Numbered from the stretch's first letter, positions 21,522 to 33,990 are shown. The stretch: 64,000 bases of DNA from an uncultured Verrucomicrobiae bacterium (GCA_963769025.1 CAVYKI010000012.1:1-64000); one strand, 5' to 3'. Notes: generated by a model not told the origin, from the letters alone. Made by a program: numbers and translations.

Positions 21522-22148
21522 TCAGTTCTTGTTCAGCAGCGCCTTCACATCCTGGATCGTCAGCGGCTTCAAGTCGCCGGACCAGCTTTGCCCACCGTCG
21601 CGGTCGTCACCGACCGGAAGCTTCGGCGCGCGACCCTCGGCGCGATCCGCGTCGAGTTCAGCCTGCCTGCGGCCGCGCGGGAGGAACTGCTTCTCCGAGC
21701 CGGGCAGCGTGCCTCCCTGCAGGTTCTTGTTCGCATCGGAACTCTCCCGGGTCACAAACGCCTTGGTCGAGGCGGTGAAACGCGAAAACCATGACTCCTT
21801 CGTCTGCGCGGTCTTCGTCTCGTACGTCGAACCCGCGCCCCAGGCCGGCTTCGAAAAAAGCTCCTTGGTCGCAAAGCTCTTCGTGCGCGTCTTGTCCACG
21901 AATTGAAATTCGCTCGTCGATGTCTTCTTCCCCGTGATGGAGACCGCGGTGCCAAATTTCGCCGAACTCAGGTTGAACGCCTTCGTCTCATCCGCACGCA
22001 GGATTTCCTCTTCCCGCGAACTCGGCTTCGGGGCCGTGGCCGCATTCAGCCGCTGCTGCTCCTTGGCACGGCTGTTCCACGGCCATTGGAGCGGCTTCGC
22101 CTGGAGGCAGCCGGCCGTGAGCAGCCAGGAAAAGAGGAACATTCGCAT
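21522..22148 (-). CDS. Exported hypothetical protein
   Basis: Signal-like MRMFLFSWLLTAGCLQA and a Lys/Thr-rich body ending LTIQDVKALLNKN. Start inferred. Confidence 0.6.
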   Translation of the reverse strand: MRMFLFSWLLTAGCLQAKPLQWPWNSRAKEQQRLNAATAPKPSSREEEILRADETKAFNLSSAKFGTAVSITGKKTSTSEFQFVDKTRTKSFATKELFSKPAWGAGSTYETKTAQTKESWFSRFTASTKAFVTRESSDANKNLQGGTLPGSEKQFLPRGRRQAELDADRAEGRAPKLPVGDDRDGGQSWSGDLKPLTIQDVKALLNKN

Positions 22149-22186
22149 CCACAAACCGATGCCAGTGGAACCGCCCGGTGGCAAGG

Positions 22187-25100
22187 TCAACTTCCCGGCT
22201 TTCCCGGCCTCGCGGGATCGGCGGTCTTTTCCCACAAATCCAACGCGGCCTCACGTTCCGCCGGTGACTGCGATCGGGAGAGAAACGGCTCCAGCACCGC
22301 CCTCGCCTTCGCCAGCTCATTGCGCCCGAGCCGCATCTCCGCCGCGCGCCGCGCGAATTCCCACGAGCCCGGCCGCAACCCGGCCGCGCGCTCCAAGTGC
22401 AGCACCGCAGCGTCGCTTTCGCCACGCCGCCCTGCCCGGTCGCCGCGCAATGCTTCCAGTTCCGCTTCCGCGTCCGGCTTCCGCGATGCCGCCATCCATT
22501 CGAGCGTTTTCGCGACCTCGTCAAATCCCCCCGTCTTCACCGCCATGCGCCGCAGCCGTTCGCAATCAATCCGCGGCTCCGCACCGGCCGCAGCGCCGGA
22601 TATCCCCGCCGGGCTCACGATCGACGGCTCCGCCGCGACCAGCGCCAGCGCCTCGCGCACGCGGGCGTGCCTTTCGTGCACCGCGAAAATCGCGAGCTGC
22701 AACTCATGCCTCGCCCGCGCGGAGAGCCCGAACTCCTCCGCAACCTCGCTCCACCGCGCCATCCCGCCGCCCGCATCGAGATACGCCGCAAGCGCCGCGT
22801 ATTCGTGACACACCGGCTCCGAGAACGCACGCCGCAGCAGCAGTCTCGCCGCGGGAAAATTATTCGCCGCGACGTGGACCTGCGCCATCGCAGCCAGCAC
22901 GGATGGCGGCGGCACCGGCACATTCTCCTTCATCGCGCGCGAAAGATAACCCCGGGCCTGCTCCGTATCACCGGTCGCGAGCCACGCACGGCCCAGCGCT
23001 TCCGCTCCGCCGGAAAATCCCGCGAGCCAAGCATGCTGCGCGAGCACCTCCGCCGCGCGCTCACGCGATCCGCTCGCCGCCAGCAGGCGCACCCATTCCA
23101 ACATCCCGTCCGCCGCCGGCCACGAGCGGCGCGCCGCCGCCTCGGCGACGAGCAACTGCAAATCCCGGCGACCGGTCTGCGCCACAAGGACACGCAAGGC
23201 CTCCATCGACGCATCCGAGACGTCCGCGCGAGTCGTCAGCGCCGTGCAGGTGAGACGTGCGGCATCCGCGTCGCCGCGCGCAGCCACACGCCGGAGCATC
23301 ACCATTCCCGCAGCGGCATCCCCTTTCCCGCCCGCCCACGCGGCAGCGACCTCGTCCTTCCATTCCTCCTCGATCCCGAGGCGCGCCGCATAGCGATCGA
23401 AAAATTCAAAATACGCGCCCGCCAGCTCCGGATTCTGGCGGACGCCGTCGCGCATCCGATCCTGCATCCGCGCGAGAAAGGCGCGCGACGGTGGGAAGCC
23501 GGGGATCGTGAGCAACTTCGCACGCACCTGCAGCATCGCACGCGGCTCGGCCGTCTTCGACGCCGCGGAAATGAGCGCGCCCCGCGCCAGCGCACCGTCG
23601 CCCTTCATCGCCACGACCTCGGCCACCGCCATCGCCGCCTGGACCGCGCTGCTGCCCGTAAGCCGCTCGAGCGCGATCAACGCCTCATCAGTCTGGCCGT
23701 TCTTGCAAAGGAGCGCCGGCAGCGCCGTGTCCCCCGACGCACCCGCACGCGTACGCACCTCGATGGCGTCCTCGAATCTCCCGCGCTCCTCCAGCAAGCC
23801 CGCCAGCGCAAAGCGCGCATACGCCGTGCCGCCGTCCATGCCGATCATCCGTTTCCAAATCGCCGCTGCATCGTCCCCCCTTCCCACCCTTTCGAGGAGC
23901 AGCGCCTGACGCATCAGCAGTCGCATCTCCTCGGGATTCCATCCGACGGCCTTTTCGATCACCGCCAGCGCGTCGTCCACCGCCCCGCGCGCCTCCAGCA
24001 ATTCCGCGAGCTCGATCGCGAATTCCCGCGGTGTCGTGTCGTTGCCCAGGTTGATGCGATCCTCGACGCAGCGCCGGCGCACTTCCTCGGCGGTCGTCAC
24101 GTCGCCGGTCAGTCGCGATGCATCTGCCAGCTTCCGCAGGGTCGCGGGATTCTCGGGATCCTGTTCCCATCCCATGCGCCAGATCGCCACCGCGTACGGC
24201 TTGCCACCGCCCAGCGATTCCAGCGCATCCGCAAATCGCGACCACTCACCCTCGTCCGACTTCGCCTGCATCTCCGCGATCATTGACCCCCGCCCGATCG
24301 GACCTCCGCCGAGGTATGTGAATGCATCGCGTTGCGCGCGCCCTCGCAGCATGGCCTCGTGGAAATGCGGCCGCTCGCCCCATGCCTCGCCGAGGGACTC
24401 GATGGTCGGCGCACCGTGCCGGACTTTCTGCTGCTCCTGAAGGCCGCGCAACCCGCCGTCGGCGAGCGCCACTTCCAATACATGGTGCGCAAGCTCCGGG
24501 AGGTTCCACTCGATGAGCTGAGTCGCGATCCCGTTTGCAAAGCCCCATTCGCGAAGCGCGGAATTTCCCTCCTCCTGCAACACCGCGCCGATCGGCCGCC
24601 GCGCGAGAAGGCGCGAGATCGCGGAGCGCGCCTCGCCGTTCCGGCCTTCGAGCGCGAACAGCAGCGCCCGCGTGTTCAGTCCGTGCACCGTGCCCTCGTC
24701 CGTCTTGCGGAGCCGCTCGCGAACGAATGCGGCACGCTGCTCGGCGGGCAGCAGGAAATAGAGATCCCGCAGCGCGCCATACACCGGCGCTTCCAGCGAA
24801 TCGCCAGCGCCCTCGCTTGTCGCCGCGAGCACGGAGCGCGCTTCGTCCGTCTCGCCGAGCGCGAGATGCCAGCGCGCCATTTCACGCCCCACCACGGCCC
24901 GCTGCGGCGGCGCATTTTCCAGGACGCGGCGTCCGAGCAGGATTGCCTCGCGCGTGTGCTTCGCACCCGCAAGTTCCAGCGCGCACGGCCACAGGCGCGC
25001 ACGCGCGCCTTCCGGAAAGAGTCCCTGCATCATCGCCGGCGACACCATTTCCGGGCGCGACCGCAGCACCTCGGCGAACGCGTGCGAGAACAGCTCCATA

Positions 25101-28100
25101 TCGTCCCCCGTGCGCCCGTCCGCATTCAGCCACACACCGAGACGCGCATACAGGCCGCTTTCGAATGCCATCCACAGGTATGCCTGACGGTGCACATCGC
25201 GGTCCGTGCCGGTCGCCGCATTTTGCTCCGCCAGCGAAACCACGGCATCGCGCGCACCCGCAAAATACAACGCCCACAGCGTCTCCACCGTCTCGCCGGA
25301 GGGGGACGGCGTCCAGTCGGCCATCCATTTCTCAAGGGCCGCGCCTCCCATCCTTTGCGCGATCTCTGCAAGGCGGCGCAGCGCACCGAGGCGAAACCGC
25401 GCCTCCCCTTCGAGACGGCCCCCGCCCTTCTCAAGCCTGCGCATCGATCCCGCCGAGGTCGCGAGCCCCCGGGAATTCACGGGCGCACTCCGATCGCTCC
25501 ACGGTCCGCCGCCGCGTTCCGAAGGATACACGGGCTGCGTCACGGGCTGTGTCAGCTTCATCACGCTCTCGAACGCGGCGCGCGCCTCCGCAAGCCGGCC
25601 GGACGCAAACTGCAACTCACCGAGTTCATACGCCGAGCGCAGATCCGTCCCGTCGAGCGCGCAGAGTTTTCCGAGGAGCACGGCTGCAGTTCCGCGTTCG
25701 CCCCACTGCACATGGAAATCCGCCGCGCGCCGGAGCACATCCGCATCGCGCGGGAACTTCGCGACGGCCTGCGCCCACGTGCGCTCGGTGGCATCGGGGT
25801 CGCCGCTGCCTTCCTGCAATGTCGCGAGGCGCATCCACGCGTCCGGATGCTCCATCCGCGCCGTCCGCACGAACTGCTCCTGCAGGCGAACGGCGAGCCC
25901 GAGCCGGTGAAGTTCCTCCGCCTCCCGCACCAGCTCCGGCAGCACCTCGGCGTCATTCGGCGTGGAGAGCGCCGCATCCGCAAACATTTCGAATGCCGCG
26001 GCCTTTTTCCCCATGAGCTTGAGCGCCCGGCCGAGCGCGATGCCGGCCACATAGTCGTCCGCCTTTGCCTTCCGCCGCTTCTCGAAAATGCCGCGCACCC
26101 ACGGAAGCCGCCCGTGCCGCTGGCAATACATCAGCAGCTCATCGAGCCTCGCGAAACGCGTCCTCTCATCTGCCGCCTCATCCGCCCCGCGCAGGAGCAA
26201 TGCCGTTGCCTCCTCGTGACCGCCCGTGCGTTCCAGCACCCGCAGCAGCGACGAGGCCGCCTCGCGCCGACGTGCAGCAGGCGCGACCGCGAGCACACGC
26301 CTCCACGTTTCCGCAGCCTCCTCGGCTTTTTCGGCGCGTTCCTGCGCGAGTCCAAGATCGGCCAGCGCATCCATGCTGCCGGGATTGGATTTCACCAGGT
26401 CCGCGAAAATCCCCAGCGCCTCCGCCTGGGCGCCGCGCTGCATTTCGAGCTGCGCAATCTCGCGCAAATACCCGTCGCGCCCCGGGGGATTCAGCCCGAT
26501 CAGCTCGCGGAAGTACGCAATCGCATACGCAGTCTCGCCATTCGACGCGGAGTGCCGCGCGAGAAATTCGCGGGCTGCGGGATTCTTCGGCTCCATGTCC
26601 GCGGCCTTCACGGCAAAAGTCACCGCGCTCGCCTTGTCGCCATTCCACGCCTTCCACCGCGCCACGCGCAACCAGCCTGAGGGGGATTTCGCGTCGTTGG
26701 CTTCGCGCATCAGATCGCGGATGTAGCCCTCCACCTGCGCGGCGGCGGACTGCCCCTGCGTGCGTCCCTCGCCCGCGGGCGCCGCAGAGGATCGGACGCT
26801 TTCGAACAGTTTCCCGTCCACCTCCATCCGTTCCGCAGCGGTCCGGCTCACCTTGTAGGCGCGTTCATACACCGCCCTCGCCTCCGCCGGCTGCGCGAGC
26901 GCCGCGCGCAACTCGCCCAACTGCATCAGCGCCTCGCGCGATTCCGGTTTCAGGCGCACTGCCGCCTCCATTTCCGCGACCGCGGCGGTCAGTTCGCCGT
27001 GCCCCTTGAGATGCTCCGCCGCGAGCGAACGGCGGCGCGCCTCCTCCTCAGGCGGAACGCCCGCGCGGAGCAGACGCTTCAGCACCGCGCGCGCCTCCTC
27101 GTTTCTCCGCTGCGAAAAATAGAACTCCGCCAGCGCGAGCACCGCGTCATCCGCTTCCTTCTCCGCGTCCGCCCGCAGGAGTTCCTCCACGGAATCCGCG
27201 AGCCGGTGTTCCTGGAAAAATCCCAGCGCCCGCGAGCGCAGCAGTTCGTCGTCCCGGTTCGCCGAGAGCATCGCGGCGATCCGCTGCCGCGCGGCCGTCC
27301 CATCCTCGCGGCGCAAATCCAGCCGTGCCCGCTCAAAGACCAGATCGGTGTTTTTCGCCTGCGCGGACAGCACCGCGTCAAACTGCGCCGCCGCCGCGTC
27401 GAGCTGATCCATCCGCGTCAGCAATCGCGCCAGCCGCAGCCTGTGCTCCGCATTTCCCGGCACCAGCGCCGTCACCTTCTCCAGCCACGCACGCTCCTGT
27501 TCGGGATTCCCGACACGATCGTAAAATTCCACCAGTTGCAAATAGCCGCCCAAATCGCGCGGGTTCGCCTCCACCTGCGCGAGCCACTTTTTCTCCAGCG
27601 CGTCCTCGGCACGCGTCCTCCGCGCGAGCCGGATGATTTGACCGAGCAGTTCGCGGCGCAGCCAATTTCCCGGCGCGGTTCCGCGCACCGCACGTTCCAG
27701 CGCGAGCATCGCATCCTGCGGCCTGCCGGCGGCGGAATGCAAACCCGCCATCTGCTGCAGCGCCTTTGCACGCTCCGACGGCTCCGCATGCTCCGCGAGA
27801 AACTCCAGATGCCGGAGCGCCACCTCGGCCTGCCCCGCATCCGCGCACGCCTGCGCGAGACGTCGGCGAAGCTCCAGATCGTCCGGCGCCAGCGCGACCA
27901 TGCGCTCCCACACCTCCGCGGCCTTCGCCGCTTCCCCGGCGGCGCTCCATGCCGTGCCGAGTTGCATCAGCGCGTCCTGCACACGCGCGTCACCCTTCGG
28001 GAGAAGGACGAGCGCCTTTTCGAAAAGCACCGCCGCCTCGCGCGGCCGCGCATTCTCCAGCTCCAGCCGCCCCATCGCGAGGAGCGGGAGCGGACTCGCG

Positions 28101-28403
28101 ACGTCCGCCTTGGCAGCGCTCTCGAATGCCGCACGCGCCTCGTCGTCGCGGGCCGCCTTTCGCAGCAGCAGGCCGAGGATCATCCGTCCCGGCAGATCCT
28201 GCGCATTCCGATATCCGGCGAGCAGCTCCTCCGTCGTGCCGCCGTCGAGCGCGCCTTTCCACAGACGGTCGAGCGCGATTCCCTCGGCCGGGATTTGCCG
28301 CGAGCATCTGCCGGTAGCGTTCCGCCACCCGGGGCGAAAGCGGCTCCGCCTGCGCCATGGCGGAGGCAAGCATTGCGGCGGCAAACATGCGGCGGACTCG
28401 CAT
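22187..28403 (-). CDS. Giant (~2070 aa) exported tetratricopeptide-repeat protein; frameshift near 28290
   Basis: Signal peptide MRVRRMFAAAMLASAMAQAE in one frame, then >2000 aa of Ala/Leu/Glu/Arg-rich TPR-like helical repeats. Confidence 0.8.
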
Positions 28404-28499
28404 CGTGCGCGCACTATCCGCGCCGCTCCTGAAAACACAACTCCGCCGCCACCGCACTCGGCCTTTCCAATTTTCCATCCGCCGCTAGGTTGATTCACC

Positions 28500-29838
28500 A
28501 TGTTTCAGCACACCTCCCGCCGCTCGATGCTCCGCGGCCTCGGCACCGTCATCGCGCTCCCTTGGCTCGAATCCATGGGCAGCCTCACCGGATGGGCTGC
28601 GGGCGCGCCGGGCAAACGCACCGCGCCGAACCGCCTCGCCTTCCTCTACGTGCCAAACGGAAAGGACATGCCGAACTGGACGCCTTCGGCGGAAGGAAAG
28701 CTCGGCGAGCTGCCGGAGATCCTCTCCGCGCTCGGGCCGGTGAAAAACGATCTCCTCGTCCTCAGCGGTCTCACCGCCGACAAGGCCCGCCCGCACGGCG
28801 ACGGCGGCGGCGACCATGCGCGGGCGATGGCCGCCTACCTCACCGGCGCGCAGCCGCGCAAGACCGACGGCACCGACATCCGCGCCGGCACCTCGGTGGA
28901 CCAGCTCGCCGCCGCGCGCGTCGGCGAACAGACGCGCGTCGCATCGCTCGAAATCGGCTGCGAAGCCAGCGCGATGGCGGGCAACTGCGACTCCGGCTAC
29001 TCGTGCGTTTACAGCTCCACGATGGCGTGGAAGACGCCCACGCAGCCGCTGCCGAAGGAAGTCAACCCGCGCATGGTCTTCGAGCGGCTCTTCGGTTCCG
29101 CCGGCGCCACCGAGCGCGCAGCACCGCTACGCTTCGCGAAAGAGCGTCCTCGATTTCATCCGCGACGACACGCGCGCCCTCGCCTCGAAGATCACCTACT
29201 CCGACCGCCAGAAGCTCGGCGAATACTTCACCTCCATCCGCGAGATCGAGCAGCGCATGGATCGCGTCGCGCAGATGCCCGCCATCCAGCCGCCCGCCGG
29301 GGTCACCGCGCCTGCGGGCGTTCCCGGCGATTACGCCGAACACCTGAAGCTCATGTGCGACATGATGGTGCTCGCGTTCCAGTCGGACATCACGCGCGTC
29401 TGCACGTTTGTCCTCGCGAATGAGGGCAGCAACAAGAACTACCCGACGCTCGGCGTGCGCGAAGGACACCACGAGCTTTCGCACCACGGGCGCGACGCCG
29501 AGAAGATCCGCAAGATTCGCGAGATCAACAAATTCCACGTCGCGCAGCTCGCCTACCTCCTCGGGAAGCTGAAATCCATCCGCGAAGGCGACGGCACGCT
29601 GCTCGACCACTGCATGATCGCCTACGGCAGCGGCAACAGCGACGGCGACCGCCACAACCACGACGACCTCCCGCTCCTCCTCGCCGGCCGCGGCGGCGGC
29701 ACCATCCAGACCGGCCGCCACGTCCGCGTCCCGAAGGAAACGCCCATCGCCAACCTCTGGCAGTCGCTCCTCGAACGCATGGACGTCCGCGTCCCCTTCG
29801 TCGGCGACAGCACCGGCGCGCTCGGCGGGCTGTCCTAG
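28500..29838 (+). CDS. DUF1552 (HXXSHH) domain protein; frameshift near 29120
   Basis: SRRSMLRGLG..IALPWLESM, YVPNG, TSVDQ, NPRMVFERLF, HHELSHH, EGDGTLLD motifs. Confidence 0.9.
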
Positions 29839-31631
29839 TCCAGCATCGTCCCCGGCTTGTAGCGGTAGAGCAGATAGACGCGGACCTTGCGCAGCGGGAG
29901 TCCGTGCTGCTCGAACTCGAACGTGGTCTTCAATTCCCAGCGCTCGAAGGTGTGCGTGAGCGGGTCGAACGGGATCGTCTCGAACTCGCGGTCGGTGACG
30001 TAGATCGCGGTGCGCCCGGCGAAGCGGCTGGTGCCGTATTCGCGCGAGTCCTGCTGGTCGTTGATGACCGGCGCCTTCCGGTCCTCGTATTCGTCGTAGC
30101 GGCCCCAGAAGTGGAACTGGTTTTCCGGCACCGGCGATTCCGGGACATAGACGGCGGGATGGCCGGGCGCCTCGATGCGCTTTTCCGGAAGGTAAAAGCA
30201 CAGCGCGCCGGCGGTGCCGTAGCTGTTCGCGATGAGGAATGTCCTCTGGCCGCTTTGCTCCTCGATGGCCTTGCGAAATGCGCCGACCCGCTCCGCAACT
30301 TCGCGCCAGCCGCGCAGGCGCGCGCTGGGGTCGCGCTTGAACGGCAGCGGGATGCCGACTGCGCGGAGGAGGTCCGAGTTCACCGCGACGGCGCTGATGA
30401 GGAACCCGAGCGCAAACGCAATGACGGTGAACACCCGCACCCCGCGGATGTCCCTGAGGACACGATCCAACCCGTACGCGACGGTGAGGACAATCAGCGA
30501 GACCGACGCCGGCGCAGTCCAGTTCGGCTCACCGTTATGATGGAGCGCGAGCCACAGGTACACGAGCAGCAGCGGCAGCGCGAATGCCGAGAGGAACCGC
30601 GACTTCCACGGCGTGTTTGGCGCTTCCTTGCGCACGTAGATGAAAATCAACGCGGCCAGCACGGCAAGGAACACGCCGGCCTTATGGAACGATTTCGCCT
30701 CGAAGAAATTCCCGGCCATCCACAGCGCGGCGAGCGCGATTGCCAGCAGCACCCACCCAACCCACGCGGAGCGGAAACTCCGCGGGAACGCCGTGAGCGC
30801 CTTTGCGAACGCACTTCCCCACCGGCGGAAGGACGCCCCGGTGGCAGCCCCGAGCGCCATCAGCATCGTGAAGAAAATCAGCGGCGAATAGACGAGGAAA
30901 TGCGCGCCGACGAATTCGGCGACGGATGCGAAATCAAATGCCCACCACGCCTTTTCGAGACCGCCGCGCGCCGCGAGGTGCATCGTCGTCGGCCAGCCGC
31001 GCGCCTGGTTCCAGACGACCATCGGCACGACGAATGGCGCGAACGCGAGGAGCATCGACCAGAAGCCGGGCCGGAGGAGTTCCCAGCGGAAGCGCGGCGT
31101 GAGCAACAGCAGCAGGAACGCCGACGCGAAGAACGCGGCGTTCGTCATTTTGCAGAGGAAGCCCAGCCCGGTGAGGATGCCCGTGAGCGCCCACCACCAC
31201 GAAAACGCGGGGCTTTTCTCCAGCGCCAGCCAGAGCGTGCAGAGCGACGCCGCCCAGAAAAAGATGGAGGGCCCGTCGATGGTCATCAGCAGCGCGCCGG
31301 CGTTGAAGATGGGCGTCACGCTCATCACGATCACGGTCCAGAATGCGACGCGCGCGTCGTAGATGCGCCGCGCGAGCCAGTACACGAGGAGGGACGTGCC
31401 GAGCGCAAAGAGCGGCGCGAAGAAGCGGACGCCAAATTCCGTGTGGCCGAACAGCGCCGTGCCGATGCGCATGATGACCGCGATGCCGGGGCCCTTGCTG
31501 AAATACCACCAGTCGAGCCGCTGGCTCCATTCGTGGTAATACGCCTCGTCCGGCAGCAGGCCGACCTGCGCGATGTACACGAGCCGCAGCACCGTGAGGA
31601 CGACGAGAAACGCGAGGAGGCGGATGTTCAT
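29835..31631 (-). CDS. GT-C glycosyltransferase (ArnT/PMT_2-like)
   Basis: LLPDEAYY.EWS..LDW.YFSK.P, EFGVR, TIDGP, GLGFLCK; many TM helices. Confidence 0.85.
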   Translation of the reverse strand: MNIRLLAFLVVLTVLRLVYIAQVGLLPDEAYYHEWSQRLDWWYFSKGPGIAVIMRIGTALFGHTEFGVRFFAPLFALGTSLLVYWLARRIYDARVAFWTVIVMSVTPIFNAGALLMTIDGPSIFFWAASLCTLWLALEKSPAFSWWWALTGILTGLGFLCKMTNAAFFASAFLLLLLTPRFRWELLRPGFWSMLLAFAPFVVPMVVWNQARGWPTTMHLAARGGLEKAWWAFDFASVAEFVGAHFLVYSPLIFFTMLMALGAATGASFRRWGSAFAKALTAFPRSFRSAWVGWVLLAIALAALWMAGNFFEAKSFHKAGVFLAVLAALIFIYVRKEAPNTPWKSRFLSAFALPLLLVYLWLALHHNGEPNWTAPASVSLIVLTVAYGLDRVLRDIRGVRVFTVIAFALGFLISAVAVNSDLLRAVGIPLPFKRDPSARLRGWREVAERVGAFRKAIEEQSGQRTFLIANSYGTAGALCFYLPEKRIEAPGHPAVYVPESPVPENQFHFWGRYDEYEDRKAPVINDQQDSREYGTSRFAGRTAIYVTDREFETIPFDPLTHTFERWELKTTFEFEQHGLPLRKVRVYLLYRYKPGTMLD

Positions 31632-32278
31632 GCGGTGGTCGAAAGCAGTGAGGGAAAGCGCGTGGCGAGCGCGGGCGCGAGCTTGCTGCCCAAAGGCGCG
31701 CCAGAGCGCTTCCGCGAGCAGCAGCGTGAGCAGCGCCATGCCGAAGCCGAGGCAGATCCCGCCGAGCACATCACTCGGCCAGTGCGATCCGGTGTACACG
31801 CGCGAGTAGGCGACGAGCAGCGCCGGGAAAAATGCGATCCATCCGCGACGGCGGAAAAAGATCGCGGCCAGCAGCGCGACACACGCCGTGTTCGCAGCAT
31901 GGTTCGAGGGAAACGAGCGCCCCCCGGCCTGCGGCCCGGAGCCGTCTGGAAATCGTCTCAATCACCGGGGCAAAGACTCCCTTCCACGGCGGATGCGCGA
32001 GCGATATCTGCCGCACTCCGGCTTCAATCTGATGCGGCCGCAGCCGCGCGACTGCCTTTTTGATCAAGTTGCCCGACGATCGCGTCGTAGAGCGCGACCG
32101 CCAGCAGCGCGACGACGACGAGCGCCCGCCCGCGAAATCCGCCGAGCACGAGCACGGCCAGCACGAGCGCCACGAGCGGCACCGTCCAGAGCGCGGAACT
32201 CGATGCGACGGTCATCACCCGGTCGAGAACCGCGCCGGTCCATTCACGGTTGATGAGAAAAAGTAGCTTTTGATCCAT
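31628..32278 (-). CDS. PAP2 family phosphatase; frameshifted
   Basis: KKAVARLRP, SFPSNHA and YSRVYTGSHWPSDV motifs across joined frames. Confidence 0.85.
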
Positions 32279-32305
32279 CCGGAGTAGGCGAAGGTTCGCG
32301 AGCCT

Positions 32306-33016
32306 ATGGTCGCCCTACTCCGTGTAAAGAGCATCCTCGCCGCCTCATTCCTCACCCTCGCGCTTGCAATCGCGCCAGCCGTCGGTGCCGACGATCCGCC
32401 GCCACCCGCGCAGGACCTGCTGCGGTCCGTCCGCATCGCGCAGTCCTCGCAGGATTGGAAACTCACCGGCCGCCTGCGCGTCGGGAGGGACAAATTCCCG
32501 TTCCGCCTGACGCTGGAGAAGAACTCGATCCGCTACGAGTTCACCGCCACCGGCGACACCATCACGCTGCGGCTCGGAGAAAAGACATCCACGCTCGAGG
32601 AAACGAAGGGCGGCAAGACCGGACGCGTCTCCACCGCGAAATTCGACGCGCCGGTGCTCGGCACCGACATCAGCTACGAGGATCTCGCGATGCGATTCCT
32701 CTACTGGCCGAATGCCAGCGTGGTCGGCACCGGCATGATCTCCGCGCACAGCTGCTGGAAAGTCGAGGCGCGTCCCGCCTCCGCGAACGACTCCCAGTAC
32801 GCGCGCGTCGTGCTGTGGATCGGGCGCGACGATGGCGCGCTGATGAAGGCCGAAAGCTACGATGCCGCTGGCAACTGGGTGCGCCGTTTCACCGTGACGA
32901 CCGTGATGAAACGCGAGGGCTACTGGCTGCTGAAGCAGATGCGCATCGAAAGCGCAAAGGGCAGGAGCACCGATCCAAAGCCGACGTATCTCGAAATCGA
33001 GGACGCGGAGAAATAG
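32306..33016 (+). CDS. Outer-membrane lipoprotein-sorting (LolA-like) protein
   Basis: Signal peptide; GTDISYEDL; CWKVEARP...SQY.RVVLWI...KAESYD. Confidence 0.75.
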   Translation: MVALLRVKSILAASFLTLALAIAPAVGADDPPPPAQDLLRSVRIAQSSQDWKLTGRLRVGRDKFPFRLTLEKNSIRYEFTATGDTITLRLGEKTSTLEETKGGKTGRVSTAKFDAPVLGTDISYEDLAMRFLYWPNASVVGTGMISAHSCWKVEARPASANDSQYARVVLWIGRDDGALMKAESYDAAGNWVRRFTVTTVMKREGYWLLKQMRIESAKGRSTDPKPTYLEIEDAEK

Positions 33017-33021
33017 CGCGG

Positions 33022-33918
33022 CTACTTCGGAATCGTAGCGATGATCTCGCTGGCCACGCGCCGGTTGATCTTCACCGCGACATCGACCTTTTTCCCGTCG
33101 AACTCCTCGATGCCCGCCGCATCGACCTCCAGCTTCGCCATGCCCTTGGTGCGCCCGGCCGTGGAAGTCGGATCCACCGGCACATCCATCTCCACGGTGT
33201 ATTCCGAGTGGAAATGGCGGCCCTTCACGTTCTCGGGAAGGTTCGTCAGCGACACGCCCTTGCCCTCGATCTTCGCATCCATCCGCACGGAATACGCAGG
33301 CTGCTTCTCGAATTCGCCGAGCATCAAAAGTTTCGCGTGCCCGCTCACGCCGGAAGGATCGAGGCCCGTGACACCGTTCTGCGCCAGCGAGGCGACCGCG
33401 GCCTTTGCATTCACCGGCCATTCCGCGCCGATCGCGACTTTTTCCGACGTGCCGAAAATATCCTCGTCGCTCACCTCGTCCTCCGCCTGCACCGTCAGCA
33501 GCGACTCGATGATCTGGGCCTGCACATCGTCCGCGGCCTCGCCATTCACCTGCGCCTCATTCTCCGGTTCGTCCCGGCGGAGGAAAAGTTCGTCGCCGTC
33601 GCTGAAAATTCCCACGGGCTGTCCGCCACGCACGCACTCGACAGTTTTCACCTTCAGCCGCATCGCGCTCGGCAGGCCCTTCTTCGTCACAGCGAGGACG
33701 GTGAGCGCGCCCGTCAGCCGGCAAGCCACGATCGTCTCATCCGACTCCACCTCGCGTCCGTCGATGCTCGTCTTCATGCTGTCTTCGTAGGCGACCTTTG
33801 CCGAAATGTCGAAACGGTCACCGGCCTTCACCGGCCGCAGCAGGCGAATCTGATGCACGTCCGCCGCAGCGGCCGTGGAGATGAACAGGCAGAGGGCGAG
33901 AAACGTGCGTGCGATCAT
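33022..33918 (-). CDS. Exported hypothetical protein
   Basis: Signal MIARTFLALCLFISTAAAA; SD-like GAAGGAAGG upstream; beta-rich body. Confidence 0.7.
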   Translation of the reverse strand: MIARTFLALCLFISTAAAADVHQIRLLRPVKAGDRFDISAKVAYEDSMKTSIDGREVESDETIVACRLTGALTVLAVTKKGLPSAMRLKVKTVECVRGGQPVGIFSDGDELFLRRDEPENEAQVNGEAADDVQAQIIESLLTVQAEDEVSDEDIFGTSEKVAIGAEWPVNAKAAVASLAQNGVTGLDPSGVSGHAKLLMLGEFEKQPAYSVRMDAKIEGKGVSLTNLPENVKGRHFHSEYTVEMDVPVDPTSTAGRTKGMAKLEVDAAGIEEFDGKKVDVAVKINRRVASEIIATIPK

Positions 33919-33990
33919 GCGCCTTCCTTCGCAGAAAACGCGCCATGCGCCAGCGCAGATTCGTCCCGGACGCCCGGCGAGTCGCCCGCC

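Noticed and set aside
22397..32063. Long plus-strand ORFs (629, 782, 493, 477 and 719 aa)
   Set aside because: Arg/Pro/His-rich shadows opposite the TPR and glycosyltransferase genes.
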